From the NCBI GenBank assembly GCA_016931955.1, contig JAFGDV010000040.1, positions 1-34,343 on the forward strand: DNA of 34,343 nucleotides. The letters are read 5' to 3'. Every line of letters begins with the position of its first letter. Position 1 is the first letter of the stretch. The position numbers and the translations under genes were made by a program. The stretch is from Candidatus Altiarchaeota archaeon. Its GTDB lineage: Archaea > Altiarchaeota > Altiarchaeia > IMC4 > QMZM01. Positions 18,141 to 26,950 of the stretch are shown here, in pieces. The notes below the pieces were generated by a model. That model had not been told where the DNA came from, did no database searches, and was given only the letters and a program-made list of their open reading frames with translations.

Positions 18141-19562
18141 TCAACCCTTAGCGACTCCCAAAGGAACAACCCTGGCAACAGGCTCCGATATCCCGCTCAA
18201 AGAGACGCTCCTTACCACCTCGTCTATGTCTTTATATGCCTCTGAGGCCTCCTCCGCTAGAACCTTGGGATCTGTTGCGCGCACAACCTGCCCCCTCTCC
18301 TCCATCCTCCTCTGTATTTCAGCCCCCCTGAATTTTCTGATTGCACCATGGCGGGACATCAATCTGCCTGCGCCATGACAGGTGCTGCCCCAGGTCTCCT
18401 CAAGTGCCTTCTCCGTTCCAATCAACACATAGCTAGCAGTCCCCATGTCCCCTGGGATAATCACTGGCTGGCCGACTTCCCTGTAGGTCTCAGGTATCTC
18501 CTCCCTGCCTGCAGGGAACGCCCTAGTAGCACCCTTACGGTGGACGCACAACTCCTTTCTTTCCCCATCAACCCTATGTTGCTCGAACTTTGCGATGTTG
18601 TGGCAGACATCATAGACCAATCGGATGTCTAAATCATCACTAAACACCTCCCTAAAAGACTCCCTCACCCAGTAGGTTATTGTCTCACGATTACAGAATG
18701 CATAGTTCACCGCACAATACATCGCAGAAAGGTACCTTTCAGCTTCAGTAGACCTTATTGGAGCACAGGCCAGTTCTTTATCAGGCAGCCTTATCCCATA
18801 CTTCTGGGCTGCCGAAAGCATGACGTTAATGTATTCATCCGCTATCTGATGCCCGAAGCCTCTGCTGCCGGTGTGCACCATCACAGTCACCTGGTCTTCT
18901 GATGTGATCCCGAATCTTTCAGCAATCTTCTTATCATAGATCTTATCGACCTTCTGCACCTCCAAGAAGTGGTTACCAGCTCCGAGGGTTCCGAGCTGTG
19001 GCCTCCCCCTCGCCTTCGCCTTCTTACTCACATTGCTGGGATCAGCACCCTTTATGCAGCCGTTTTCTTCCATGTGCTTCAGATCCTCCTTATAGCCTAG
19101 ATCGTGTTCCACAGCCCATCTCGCGCCATTCAACGCTACTTCATCCAATTCTGATTCAGTGACCCTCAACCTGCTCTTGCTGCCAACACCCGAGGGGATG
19201 TTGGTGAACAGTTTATCGACCAATTGCTTTAATCCAGGCCTTAGATCCTTCTCCATCAGATTGGTCGCCAGAAGCCTGACTCCGCAGTTGATGTCATAGC
19301 CCACACCACCAGGACTGACAACCCCCCGCTCAAGGTCAAAGGCTGCTACCCCGCCGATGGGGAAACCATAGCCATAGTGGCCGTCCGGCATCACCAAGCT
19401 GGCCTTCTGTATTCCTGGAAGCTGGGCGACGTTCGCCGCCTGCTTGAAGACGCCCTCTTCAATCGCCTTAAACAGCCTCTCTGTGGCGTAAATCCTGGCA
19501 GGTACGTTCATTCCAGGATCCTTGAACTCCCAGACTCCCGCCCTGATCTGTTTGGCTTCCAT
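18141..19562 (-). CDS. rtcB: tRNA-splicing ligase RtcB
   Basis: MPDGHYGYGFPIGG, GYDINCG, GNHFLE, HTGSRG, HRKGAT, HGAGR; no intein. Confidence 0.98.
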   Translation of the reverse strand: MEAKQIRAGVWEFKDPGMNVPARIYATERLFKAIEEGVFKQAANVAQLPGIQKASLVMPDGHYGYGFPIGGVAAFDLERGVVSPGGVGYDINCGVRLLATNLMEKDLRPGLKQLVDKLFTNIPSGVGSKSRLRVTESELDEVALNGARWAVEHDLGYKEDLKHMEENGCIKGADPSNVSKKAKARGRPQLGTLGAGNHFLEVQKVDKIYDKKIAERFGITSEDQVTVMVHTGSRGFGHQIADEYINVMLSAAQKYGIRLPDKELACAPIRSTEAERYLSAMYCAVNYAFCNRETITYWVRESFREVFSDDLDIRLVYDVCHNIAKFEQHRVDGERKELCVHRKGATRAFPAGREEIPETYREVGQPVIIPGDMGTASYVLIGTEKALEETWGSTCHGAGRLMSRHGAIRKFRGAEIQRRMEERGQVVRATDPKVLAEEASEAYKDIDEVVRSVSLSGISEPVARVVPLGVAKG

Positions 19563-19588
19563 GGTTATAGTATAGGAGCGGATTCTAA

Positions 19589-20170
19589 TTAAGACAGACT
19601 CCCCCTGAACGCCTTCTCTAACCTACTTAACCTCTTCCTGCCCTTCTCGAACTGCTTGTTTGCCTGCTTCACCAGATATTTGATGTAATCGCTGCCAACC
19701 AGTAGACTGCCATCATGCGCTAATGGAGCGTCTATTCTCTCAGTACAGCAGACTTCGACCATATTCCTCCCATCCTTCACGGCCATTATCCCCGCCCTCT
19801 TGAATCCAGAGTTCCTCGCCGTCCTCAAAATCTTAGCAGCACCTTCAAGTTCCATTGCTACAACATGGAGGATCGCAGGCTCGTATTTAAACCACACAAT
19901 CCCCCTATCCGGTATTTTCTCCAATGCATGAATGACTTCATCGGATTCGACCAGACGATGCCATTTACCCAACCAGCCATTGTCTCTCTTAGAGCCGACA
20001 TCATGAAGCAGAGAAATCCTGCCGAAACAGCTCGACGTCGTATAATAGTCAGAAAGGGAATTCAGGTAATCCAATAGTGGGATAATATCCAAGTCAACCT
20101 CGCCCCTCTCTTTCGCAGACTCAAGCCTCCTCAAAGCATCACCCTTCTGCTGCAAGAACCTTCGCGTCAT
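19589..20170 (-). CDS. taw3: tRNA wyosine-derivative methyltransferase Taw3/TYW3
   Basis: YYTTSSCFGRI, GKWH, EPAILHV, SGFK. Confidence 0.93.
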   Translation of the reverse strand: MTRRFLQQKGDALRRLESAKERGEVDLDIIPLLDYLNSLSDYYTTSSCFGRISLLHDVGSKRDNGWLGKWHRLVESDEVIHALEKIPDRGIVWFKYEPAILHVVAMELEGAAKILRTARNSGFKRAGIMAVKDGRNMVEVCCTERIDAPLAHDGSLLVGSDYIKYLVKQANKQFEKGRKRLSRLEKAFRGSLS

Positions 20171-20202
20171 CTATTTTAAATCTATAGTCCCAATTACTAA
20201 GA

Positions 20203-21135
20203 ATGGCTGGAGAAGAGCCCACCGATGAGACTGAAGAAAAGAAAAAAGAAGGACCTTCAGAGGCTACTGAAGAAAAAAAGACCAGTAAGGCCGTTATCTC
20301 TGTCATATTCCTGCTGGTGGCTATGGCCGCTGTTAGCATATACTCTACGATGCAGCCGGTAGGCTATAAGTACACTTCAACGGTCGCCGGAGTCAGTGTG
20401 CATTCCCAGATCCCATTAGAGGAACTACAGTACAGAGAGAACGTCGCATTATACAATAACTCGGACCCGGCAGCCGTAACCTGCAACTTCGAGTTATCTG
20501 CGATCTCGATCCAGGACCGCCTAGGCTACAAGATCCTGATAGAGCAAGGAGAACAAGGCATATACATCCAAACAGATAAAGCATACATAAGGGGTATGAA
20601 CTACGAGGAAACACTCCAAACCTGTAATATATTCTCCTGCCTGAGGGAGGGCATAGAATGCCCATCCAATCTCTGGAGCATCAGAGACTCCATCCTAAAA
20701 GAGAAAAAGATAAACATAGCCATCGACAATGAACTGAGAGGTTCAGCGGTGCAGGGCTACGGCGACATAATGGGTGCCTTAGGATACATACAGGCAGAAA
20801 ACCAGATGGAAGACATCGACGGAAACGGTAGAATAGAAAACTGGGAGCTAGAAGAAAGCCTGATAAAGATATTCCCCTACATAATGGAGGGAGATGAATG
20901 CAAACTTCAGCCGATCACCACCGGCCTCCAGAAGCTTAACGCAACCAACGAAACATATAACTGTAGGACACTGAGTCCTGCGATAATACTCCAGAAAGCA
21001 GACGAAAACAAGATAGACGTCAACGGTGACCGGATGACCATCATGGGCGATGACGAACACGTAGGATCAGCGGCCATAATAGTAAGGGATGTCATCTCAC
21101 CTGAACTCATACGAAGCCTCTACGGTCTGGATTAA
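20203..21135 (+). CDS. Hypothetical membrane-anchored extracellular protein with EF-hand-like loop
   Basis: Charged N-terminus, single TM helix, several Cys, DIDGNGRIENWE loop. Confidence 0.65.
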   Translation: MAGEEPTDETEEKKKEGPSEATEEKKTSKAVISVIFLLVAMAAVSIYSTMQPVGYKYTSTVAGVSVHSQIPLEELQYRENVALYNNSDPAAVTCNFELSAISIQDRLGYKILIEQGEQGIYIQTDKAYIRGMNYEETLQTCNIFSCLREGIECPSNLWSIRDSILKEKKINIAIDNELRGSAVQGYGDIMGALGYIQAENQMEDIDGNGRIENWELEESLIKIFPYIMEGDECKLQPITTGLQKLNATNETYNCRTLSPAIILQKADENKIDVNGDRMTIMGDDEHVGSAAIIVRDVISPELIRSLYGLD

Positions 21136-22280
21136 TCACTCAATATCTCTGCCTTATCCTTCAACATCAAGTAGACTGCAACTTGCTCCGGCACCTTAGC
21201 AGTTCCTGGAGAGTACTTGAACCTCCGCCCCATTAAATCGAATGCTGGAATCTTTTCCTTGACTTCTAACTTAATTTCCTCATCACCGAATGCGACCGCA
21301 TCCGTCAGAGGACTAAACGAGTCAAGGTCTTTAATCCTCTTAGCTATCAACCCCGAACCCCCATGCAACGTATCAGGCAACCTTATCAGCCTGGAAGTGT
21401 CTATTGTAACCATCTTGTCTGTGTCACCCATAAGACCGACAGCATTCTTCTCGATCACCTTATGCTGCATTCCCACAACAAGCTCACTAAGGCCTTCCCA
21501 TCTCCCCCTCCTCAAAGACCTCACATTGCTCTCCCTTTTATTGGCTATTTCTTCCGCCTTCTTAGGGCCTATTCCCTCGATCTCCTGCAGCCCGGATACG
21601 TCGGAGGATACGAACTTCATCGCCACATCATATATGCGGCCAGCCCATCCAGGGTCTCCTTCCTGAGGGCCTCTAAGCATCTCCGCAGAGCGAGTGTATC
21701 TGCCACTCTTACCCGGGGTGAAGCCTTCAACAGATTCAACCTCCATAAAACACCCCAAGTCAAGTCCCGTGCCTGTAACATAATCAACGATCTCTCTTCG
21801 TTCGTCGCCTCCAAGGGTTCTTATGCACTCATCGAACACCTTAACATGATAGCCTTTACCGCCAGAGAAATTAACTTCCAAGTCCCCCCTCTGGAAGCCA
21901 AAATCTGAGACCAGGAAATCGATGAGGTTCATGGCTTCCTTCTTCACGCCCTCCAGTTTTCCTGAATCAAGGAAGTCCATGTCAAGGTCTAAGTCAAAGA
22001 CAAGATCAGCGCCCAACCAATTCTTCGCCGACATAGGCTGGTTCTCAGGAAACTCAAAATAAGCAGAGGAATAGGATATATAAAATGGTCCCTCCCTCCT
22101 CAAATAATTCTGCAAATCCTTTTCGGTTTGAAAACCCTTATGCCTGACCTTGATCTTCGACTCAAGTGTGCCTACGCCGAACTCCCGCTTCTCCACCTCC
22201 GAAGGCGCTGAAACCTCATTCCGGTAATAGTACTCCTTAAACCTCTTCCGGAGAAAAATCTTCGACTCAGTGTTCACCAA
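21132..22280 (-). CDS. priS: DNA primase small (catalytic) subunit
   Basis: REFG, ADLVFDLD, FSGGKGYH, RREIVDYV, RLIRLPDTLHGGSG. Confidence 0.95.
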   Translation of the reverse strand: MVNTESKIFLRKRFKEYYYRNEVSAPSEVEKREFGVGTLESKIKVRHKGFQTEKDLQNYLRREGPFYISYSSAYFEFPENQPMSAKNWLGADLVFDLDLDMDFLDSGKLEGVKKEAMNLIDFLVSDFGFQRGDLEVNFSGGKGYHVKVFDECIRTLGGDERREIVDYVTGTGLDLGCFMEVESVEGFTPGKSGRYTRSAEMLRGPQEGDPGWAGRIYDVAMKFVSSDVSGLQEIEGIGPKKAEEIANKRESNVRSLRRGRWEGLSELVVGMQHKVIEKNAVGLMGDTDKMVTIDTSRLIRLPDTLHGGSGLIAKRIKDLDSFSPLTDAVAFGDEEIKLEVKEKIPAFDLMGRRFKYSPGTAKVPEQVAVYLMLKDKAEILSD

Positions 22281-22387
22281 AGAGATTAGGAATCAAGGAT
22301 TTTAAACAGACTTGAGGGATAAGAATTAGTCCTCAGGGATAATGGTGTGGATTCTATGGGATAACACATGACGAATGGATTACTTTT

Positions 22388-22698
22388 TTAAGAATCAAAA
22401 AACGCTGTGCAAATTTTTTTGGCTTTTTTCAGGTTTTCTGTTATTTCTTTTTCTGTTAGCCAGGGTTTCATTTCCCCTAGTCTGCTGATTAATTGGCGGT
22501 CGTCTTGGTATGTGTTTTCTTTTTTCAGGAAGGTTAGGGATGCAATGATCTCAATCTTTTTCGTGTCTTTTATGTCATCTACCAACTGGTCTCTGACTTC
22601 TTTTATGGTGGCTGCTTCTTTGGGGGTTGGTTCTGTTCCCTTTTGTTGTTTTTCACTTAGTGCGTAGCCATCTACTGCCAAGGCGCTTGATTAGGGCC
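22388..22698 (-). pseudogene. C-terminal remnant of a GPYS-motif (Panacea/YwgA-like) protein
   Basis: Frame reads GP*SSALAVDGYAL...KKIEIIASLTFL...KPWLTEKEI; TAA where GPYS would have Tyr; no N-terminal half. Confidence 0.45.
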
Positions 22699-23015
22699 CA
22701 TACCATCTCTTTTAGGTCGTCTTCTCTGATGATTTGGAATCCGTTGAATTCGGATATCTTGTTTGTTGGTGGTGTGCATTCTTCTCTTTTTATTTTTATT
22801 CGTTCTTTGTCGGCTTTGTTTTTTATTTTTTCGTAGAATTCGTCTGCTGTCTTTTTGTCTGTGTCGCATATGACTTCGACTTTGCCGTCTCTGCGGTTTT
22901 TTACTTGCCCGATGATGTTTGTTTTGTCGGCTATTTCTTTTATCATCTGCCTTAGGTAGACGCCTTGGACATCCATGTCCGTATTTCCTGCGAAAGTCAT
23001 CCTCCAAACACCCAT
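22653..23015 (-). CDS. Acylphosphatase-like domain protein, probably 3'-truncated
   Basis: VQGVYLRQMIKEIA, IIGQVKNRRDGKVEVIC; ends shortly after REDDLKEMVWAL in sequence overlapping another gene remnant. Confidence 0.65.
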   Translation of the reverse strand: MGVWRMTFAGNTDMDVQGVYLRQMIKEIADKTNIIGQVKNRRDGKVEVICDTDKKTADEFYEKIKNKADKERIKIKREECTPPTNKISEFNGFQIIREDDLKEMVWALIKRLGSRWLRTK

Positions 23016-23138
23016 CTTGTCTCCGCAAACCTGCTTTATAGTTCTTATAAGTATATAGACACAAGCATTAAATAACCGCCCACACCCCCCACAACAAAGA
23101 CAATAATAAACCCTCACACGTAAATATAATATCCAAAG

Positions 23139-23192
23139 ATGACTGAACTGGATTATCAAAAACTGGGCTTCAAGTGTGGTATAGGAATCCAT
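23139..23192 (+). pseudogene. Displaced 5' stub of gatE (MTELDYQKLGFKCGIGIH)
   Basis: 40/54 nt identical to 23257-23310 (MTDINYKTLGFKCGIEIH); frame runs into the palindromes and stops at 23237. Confidence 0.85.
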
Positions 23193-23193
23193 G

Positions 23194-23252
23194 CACAGCC
23201 TTTTAAGAAAAGGCTGGCGAAAAAGGATGCTGTCTGACGACAGCATCAGACA
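23194..23252. repeat. Palindromic element pair upstream of gatE
   Basis: CACAGCCTTTTAAGAAAAGGCTG (23194-23216; 22/23 identical to 7331-7353) and GATGCTGTC-TGAC-GACAGCATC (23226-23247). Confidence 0.85.
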
Positions 23253-23256
23253 AAAG

Positions 23257-25119
23257 ATGACAGACATCAACTATAAAACATTGGGTTTCAAGTGCGGTAT
23301 CGAGATCCATCAGCAGTTGGAGACGCATAAGTTGTTCTGCGAGTGCCCTTCCATCATAAGAGAGGACGAACCCGACATCGTCGTCAGGAGAAAGATGAGG
23401 GCTGTCGCCGGAGAGATCGGAAACGTTGATCCTGCGGCGTTGTATGAATACCTCAGAGACAAGGAGATGATCTATCAAGCATACAGGGATACGACCTGTC
23501 TCGTGGAATTAGACGAAGAACCACCTCATCCGCTGAACGAGGAAGCCTTAGACACGGTCCTAGAGGCCTCGCTGCTCTTGAACGCGAAACCAGTGGATGA
23601 ACTGCAGGTCATGAGGAAGACAGTAATAGACGGCTCAAACACCTCAGGCTTCCAGAGGACCATTCTCGTGGCAATGGACGGCCACCTAGAAACAGAAGAA
23701 GGCAGAGTGAGAATACCGACCATCTGCCTCGAAGAAGACGCCGCAAGAAAAATAGGCGAAGAAAAGGATACGACAGTGTATAGGCTGGACAGACTCAGCA
23801 TACCTTTGATAGAGATAGCCACGACGCCAGACATAAAAAATCCAGGACATGCGAGAGAGGTTGCGGAAAAACTGGGGATGATACTGAGGGCGACAGGTAA
23901 GGTGAGAAGGGGATTAGGGACGATAAGGCAGGACCTGAACGTCTCCATAAGAGAGGGGGAGAGAGTAGAGATCAAAGGCGTACAGGATCTGCGTTTAATA
24001 GAAGACGTCCTCAGAAAAGAAGTGGAGAGACAGCTTATGCTGGTCGAGGTCAAGAAGGAACTGAAAAAAAGAGGGGCTAAAGCAGAAGACTTAGACTATG
24101 GGTTCGTTGACGTGACCCCTCTGTTCAAGAACACGAAGTCGACGATTGTCGCGAAAATGCTGGAGAAAGGCGCCAAGGTTATGGCTGTGAGACTGACGGG
24201 CTTCAAGGGATTGCTTAAGGGCAGGCTTGGACCTGAGCTGGCGCAGTACGCTAAAGCAGGTTCAGGTGTTAAGGGTATATTCCACTCAGACGAGCTCCCA
24301 GACTACGGCATAACTGAGGAGGAGGTTAAGGCCGTCGAGGATCGGCTGAAGATTAAAGATTATAAAGCGTTCGCTTTAGTAGTCGAAGAAAAGGAAACAG
24401 CAGAGAAGGCATTAGCTGAAGTGGTCAACAGATGCAAGACGGCGATAGATGGTGTCCCAGAGGAGACCCGGAAGGCTAAACCGGATGCGACAACAGAGTT
24501 CATGCGCCCACTTCCAGGATCGGCGAGGATGTATCCGGAGACAGACGAAGCACTTCTGGTTATCACCGAGGGGAGAATTGAGAGGATAAAGAGGGATATC
24601 CCTGAACTGCCAGAGGAACGGCTTGAGAGATACTTGAAGAAGGGCCTCAACCAAGAATTAGCTAATCAACTAATCAAGAGTCGTTCATCTGAGACCTTCG
24701 ACGAATTATCAGAGAAGTTCCCAGAGATTAAGGCCTCTACAATAGCGAATACCATACTTTCAATGCCGAAGGAGGTCAGGAAGAGATACAACGTGGACAC
24801 CAGTTCCCTGAGGAAAGAACACTATGAAGGGATCTTCAAGGAGATCATGGGAGGACGAACTACTAAGGAGTTCATACCTGACATTATGGCAGCCCTAGCA
24901 GCTGATCCGGAGAAATCTGTGGAAAAGGTCATCGAAGAAAAAGGCCTGCAGTCTATGACGGAGGAAGGAGTAGAGGAACTAGTAGGTAGGCTGATTTCGG
25001 AGAACAAGGGCATGACCTTCGGCGCCTTGATGGGTAAGACTATGGCAGAACTGAAAGGAAGGGCTGACGCAGAAGCCGTGAAAGAAATCATACACAGAAA
25101 ACTGCAAGCTAAAGGATAA
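23257..25119 (+). CDS. gatE: Glutamyl-tRNA(Gln) amidotransferase subunit E
   Basis: GFKCGIEIHQQL, MRKTVIDGSNTSGFQRT, RGLGTIRQDLNVSI, RPLPGSARMYPETD; ATG at 23257. Confidence 0.98.
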   Translation: MTDINYKTLGFKCGIEIHQQLETHKLFCECPSIIREDEPDIVVRRKMRAVAGEIGNVDPAALYEYLRDKEMIYQAYRDTTCLVELDEEPPHPLNEEALDTVLEASLLLNAKPVDELQVMRKTVIDGSNTSGFQRTILVAMDGHLETEEGRVRIPTICLEEDAARKIGEEKDTTVYRLDRLSIPLIEIATTPDIKNPGHAREVAEKLGMILRATGKVRRGLGTIRQDLNVSIREGERVEIKGVQDLRLIEDVLRKEVERQLMLVEVKKELKKRGAKAEDLDYGFVDVTPLFKNTKSTIVAKMLEKGAKVMAVRLTGFKGLLKGRLGPELAQYAKAGSGVKGIFHSDELPDYGITEEEVKAVEDRLKIKDYKAFALVVEEKETAEKALAEVVNRCKTAIDGVPEETRKAKPDATTEFMRPLPGSARMYPETDEALLVITEGRIERIKRDIPELPEERLERYLKKGLNQELANQLIKSRSSETFDELSEKFPEIKASTIANTILSMPKEVRKRYNVDTSSLRKEHYEGIFKEIMGGRTTKEFIPDIMAALAADPEKSVEKVIEEKGLQSMTEEGVEELVGRLISENKGMTFGALMGKTMAELKGRADAEAVKEIIHRKLQAKG

Positions 25120-25121
25120 CG

Positions 25122-25188
25122 TCAAACAGAAAACCCAAAGGTTTCCTTTCTTTTGATCAACCTTTTCTTTAAGAAAGAAAAGGCTGGA
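25122..25188. repeat. Palindromic element downstream of gatE
   Basis: TCAAACAGAA-hairpin-TTCCTTTCTTTTG-CAACCTTTTCTTT-AAG-AAAGAAAAGGCTG; same architecture as 7455-7527. Confidence 0.8.
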
Positions 25189-25190
25189 CG

Positions 25191-25256
25191 GAACTGAAAG
25201 GAAGGGCTGACGCAGAAGCCGTGAAAGAAATCATACAACAGAAGCTGGGAAAGTGA
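25191..25256 (+). pseudogene. Duplicated 3' stub of gatE (ELKGRADAEAVKEIIQQKLGK*)
   Basis: 47-bp perfect direct repeat of 25048-25094 at 25191-25237, followed by an alternative C-terminus and TGA. Confidence 0.9.
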
Positions 25257-25327
25257 CTTTGACCGTTTTTATTTGTCTACTCCAATATTTAAAACTACAG
25301 TCTATGGTGTAGATTCTGGGGATTACA

Positions 25328-25729
25328 ATGGATTTTAAAGTAGTTATAGGGGACCCTGAAACAGGGAAAAGCTATCAGCAGGAGATGAAAGAAGACAAAA
25401 CCAAAAAGGTTAAGGGGAAAAAGATCGGCGACGAGATAGATGGGGCGGTTTTAGGCCTCACCGGCTACAAACTGGTTATTACCGGCGGAAGCGACAAAGG
25501 CGGATTTCCCATAAAGAAGGGAGTGCATGGACGCGGCGGCGTGAAAGTGCTTATGAAGGGAGGAGTAGGCTACAACAAGAGGTGTGAAATCCGTAAAAGG
25601 AAGAGGGTTAAAGGTGAGGTAATCAGCGAAGACATCGTTCAGGTGAACATGAAGATCACCACCAGAGGGAAGAAGACAGTAGAAGAACTCCTCGGCTTAG
25701 GCGAAAAAGAAGAAGAAAAGAATGAATAA
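25328..25729 (+). CDS. rps6e: 30S ribosomal protein S6e
   Basis: FKVVIGDPETGKSYQ, ITGGSDKGGFP, RKRKRVKG. Confidence 0.96.
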   Translation: MDFKVVIGDPETGKSYQQEMKEDKTKKVKGKKIGDEIDGAVLGLTGYKLVITGGSDKGGFPIKKGVHGRGGVKVLMKGGVGYNKRCEIRKRKRVKGEVISEDIVQVNMKITTRGKKTVEELLGLGEKEEEKNE

Positions 25730-25732
25730 AGA

Positions 25733-26950
25733 ATGCAAGAGCACGTTCAACCTGAAATCAACATAGGCCTCGTAGGACACGTAGACCATGGAAAAACAAC
25801 ACTGACTAAGGCTTTATCTGGCGTATGGACTGACAGACACTCTGAGGAGATAAAGAGGGGAATATCCATACGTCTAGGCTATGCTGACTGCTCATTCTAC
25901 AGGTGCAAGAAATGCGATGACCCTGGATGCTACTGCACACAGGAGAAGTGCCCTCGCTGCGGCTCTGAAACAGAGTTCTTGAGGAAGGTCTCGTTCGTGG
26001 ATTCACCAGGACACGAGACCTTGATGGCTACGATGCTTTCAGGCGCCGCCATAATGGATGGGGCGGTTTTAGTCATCGCCGCCAACGAGAAATGCCCGCA
26101 GCCACAGACTGCAGAACACCTTATGGCGTTAGACATACTAGGCGTTAAGAATATCATCATAGCCCAGAACAAGATAGACTTGGTTACGAAGGAGCGGGCT
26201 GAAGAGAACCACTTAGAGATTAAGGGGTTTGTAAAGGGTACCATGGCCGAGAATTCCCTGATAATACCAATTGCAGCTCACTATAATGCAAACATCGACG
26301 TTCTCATAAAGGCGATACATGAGAGAATCCCAACACCAAAAAGGAATCTGGAGAAGACACCCATAATGCGGGTGGCTAGATCCTTCGACGTCAACCGCCC
26401 AGGCACCAAGATAGAGGACATAAAAGGTGGGATCGTAGGTGGCTCAATAATGCAGGGCAGGTTCAAGGTTGGGGATAAAATAGAGTTCCTCCCAGGTGTC
26501 AAGAAGAAGAATACATATCATCCAATACAGACAGAGATAGTGAGTCTGTCGTTCAGTAATGTCAACCTAGAGGCCGCTCAGCCAGGTGGCTTGATTGCCA
26601 TCGGCACAAAACTCGACCCAGCACTCACGAAGTCGGACAACATGTCAGGTAATGTCGTAGGCTTACCCGGGAAATTATCAGCGTCTAGAGAAAAGTTGAG
26701 TTTGGATATTACGCTGTTGAAGAGGCTCTTCGGAGCCAAGGATGAGGTCATGATAAAGCCCATCGAAAAGAATGAAGCCTTGATGTTGTCTGCTGGCAGC
26801 GCCATAACCGTCGGCTTGGTAACCGACCCAAAGAGGGGCGACCTCAGGCTGAAGCTGCCAGTATGCGTAGAGGAAGGTGATTTGGTAGCCATAAGCAGAC
26901 GATTCGAAGCCCGCTGGCGCCTTATCGGCTACGGGATAGTCAAAGAATGA
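25733..26950 (+). CDS. eif2g: Translation initiation factor 2 gamma subunit
   Basis: [18 protein letters not shown], Zn knuckle, [19 protein letters not shown]. Confidence 0.98.
   Translation: MQEHVQPEINIGLVGHVDHGKTTLTKALSGVWTDRHSEEIKRGISIRLGYADCSFYRCKKCDDPGCYCTQEKCPRCGSETEFLRKVSFVDSPGHETLMATMLSGAAIMDGAVLVIAANEKCPQPQTAEHLMALDILGVKNIIIAQNKIDLVTKERAEENHLEIKGFVKGTMAENSLIIPIAAHYNANIDVLIKAIHERIPTPKRNLEKTPIMRVARSFDVNRPGTKIEDIKGGIVGGSIMQGRFKVGDKIEFLPGVKKKNTYHPIQTEIVSLSFSNVNLEAAQPGGLIAIGTKLDPALTKSDNMSGNVVGLPGKLSASREKLSLDITLLKRLFGAKDEVMIKPIEKNEALMLSAGSAITVGLVTDPKRGDLRLKLPVCVEEGDLVAISRRFEARWRLIGYGIVKE

Noticed and set aside
18141-19562. Intein in RtcB or an RNA-repair/defence module
   Set aside because: Length and motifs are continuous with no insert; neighbours are housekeeping genes.
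22672-23064. 130-aa Arg/Lys/Gln-rich ORF
   Set aside because: Alternate frame of the acylphosphatase-like gene, open because of A-rich composition.
23234-23240. CTGACGA as a hammerhead ribozyme core
   Set aside because: No stem II followed by GAAA downstream; the bases lie in a simple hairpin.
23191-23256. 22-aa N-terminal extension of GatE
   Set aside because: It is translated palindrome sequence; the family N-terminus starts at ATG 23257.
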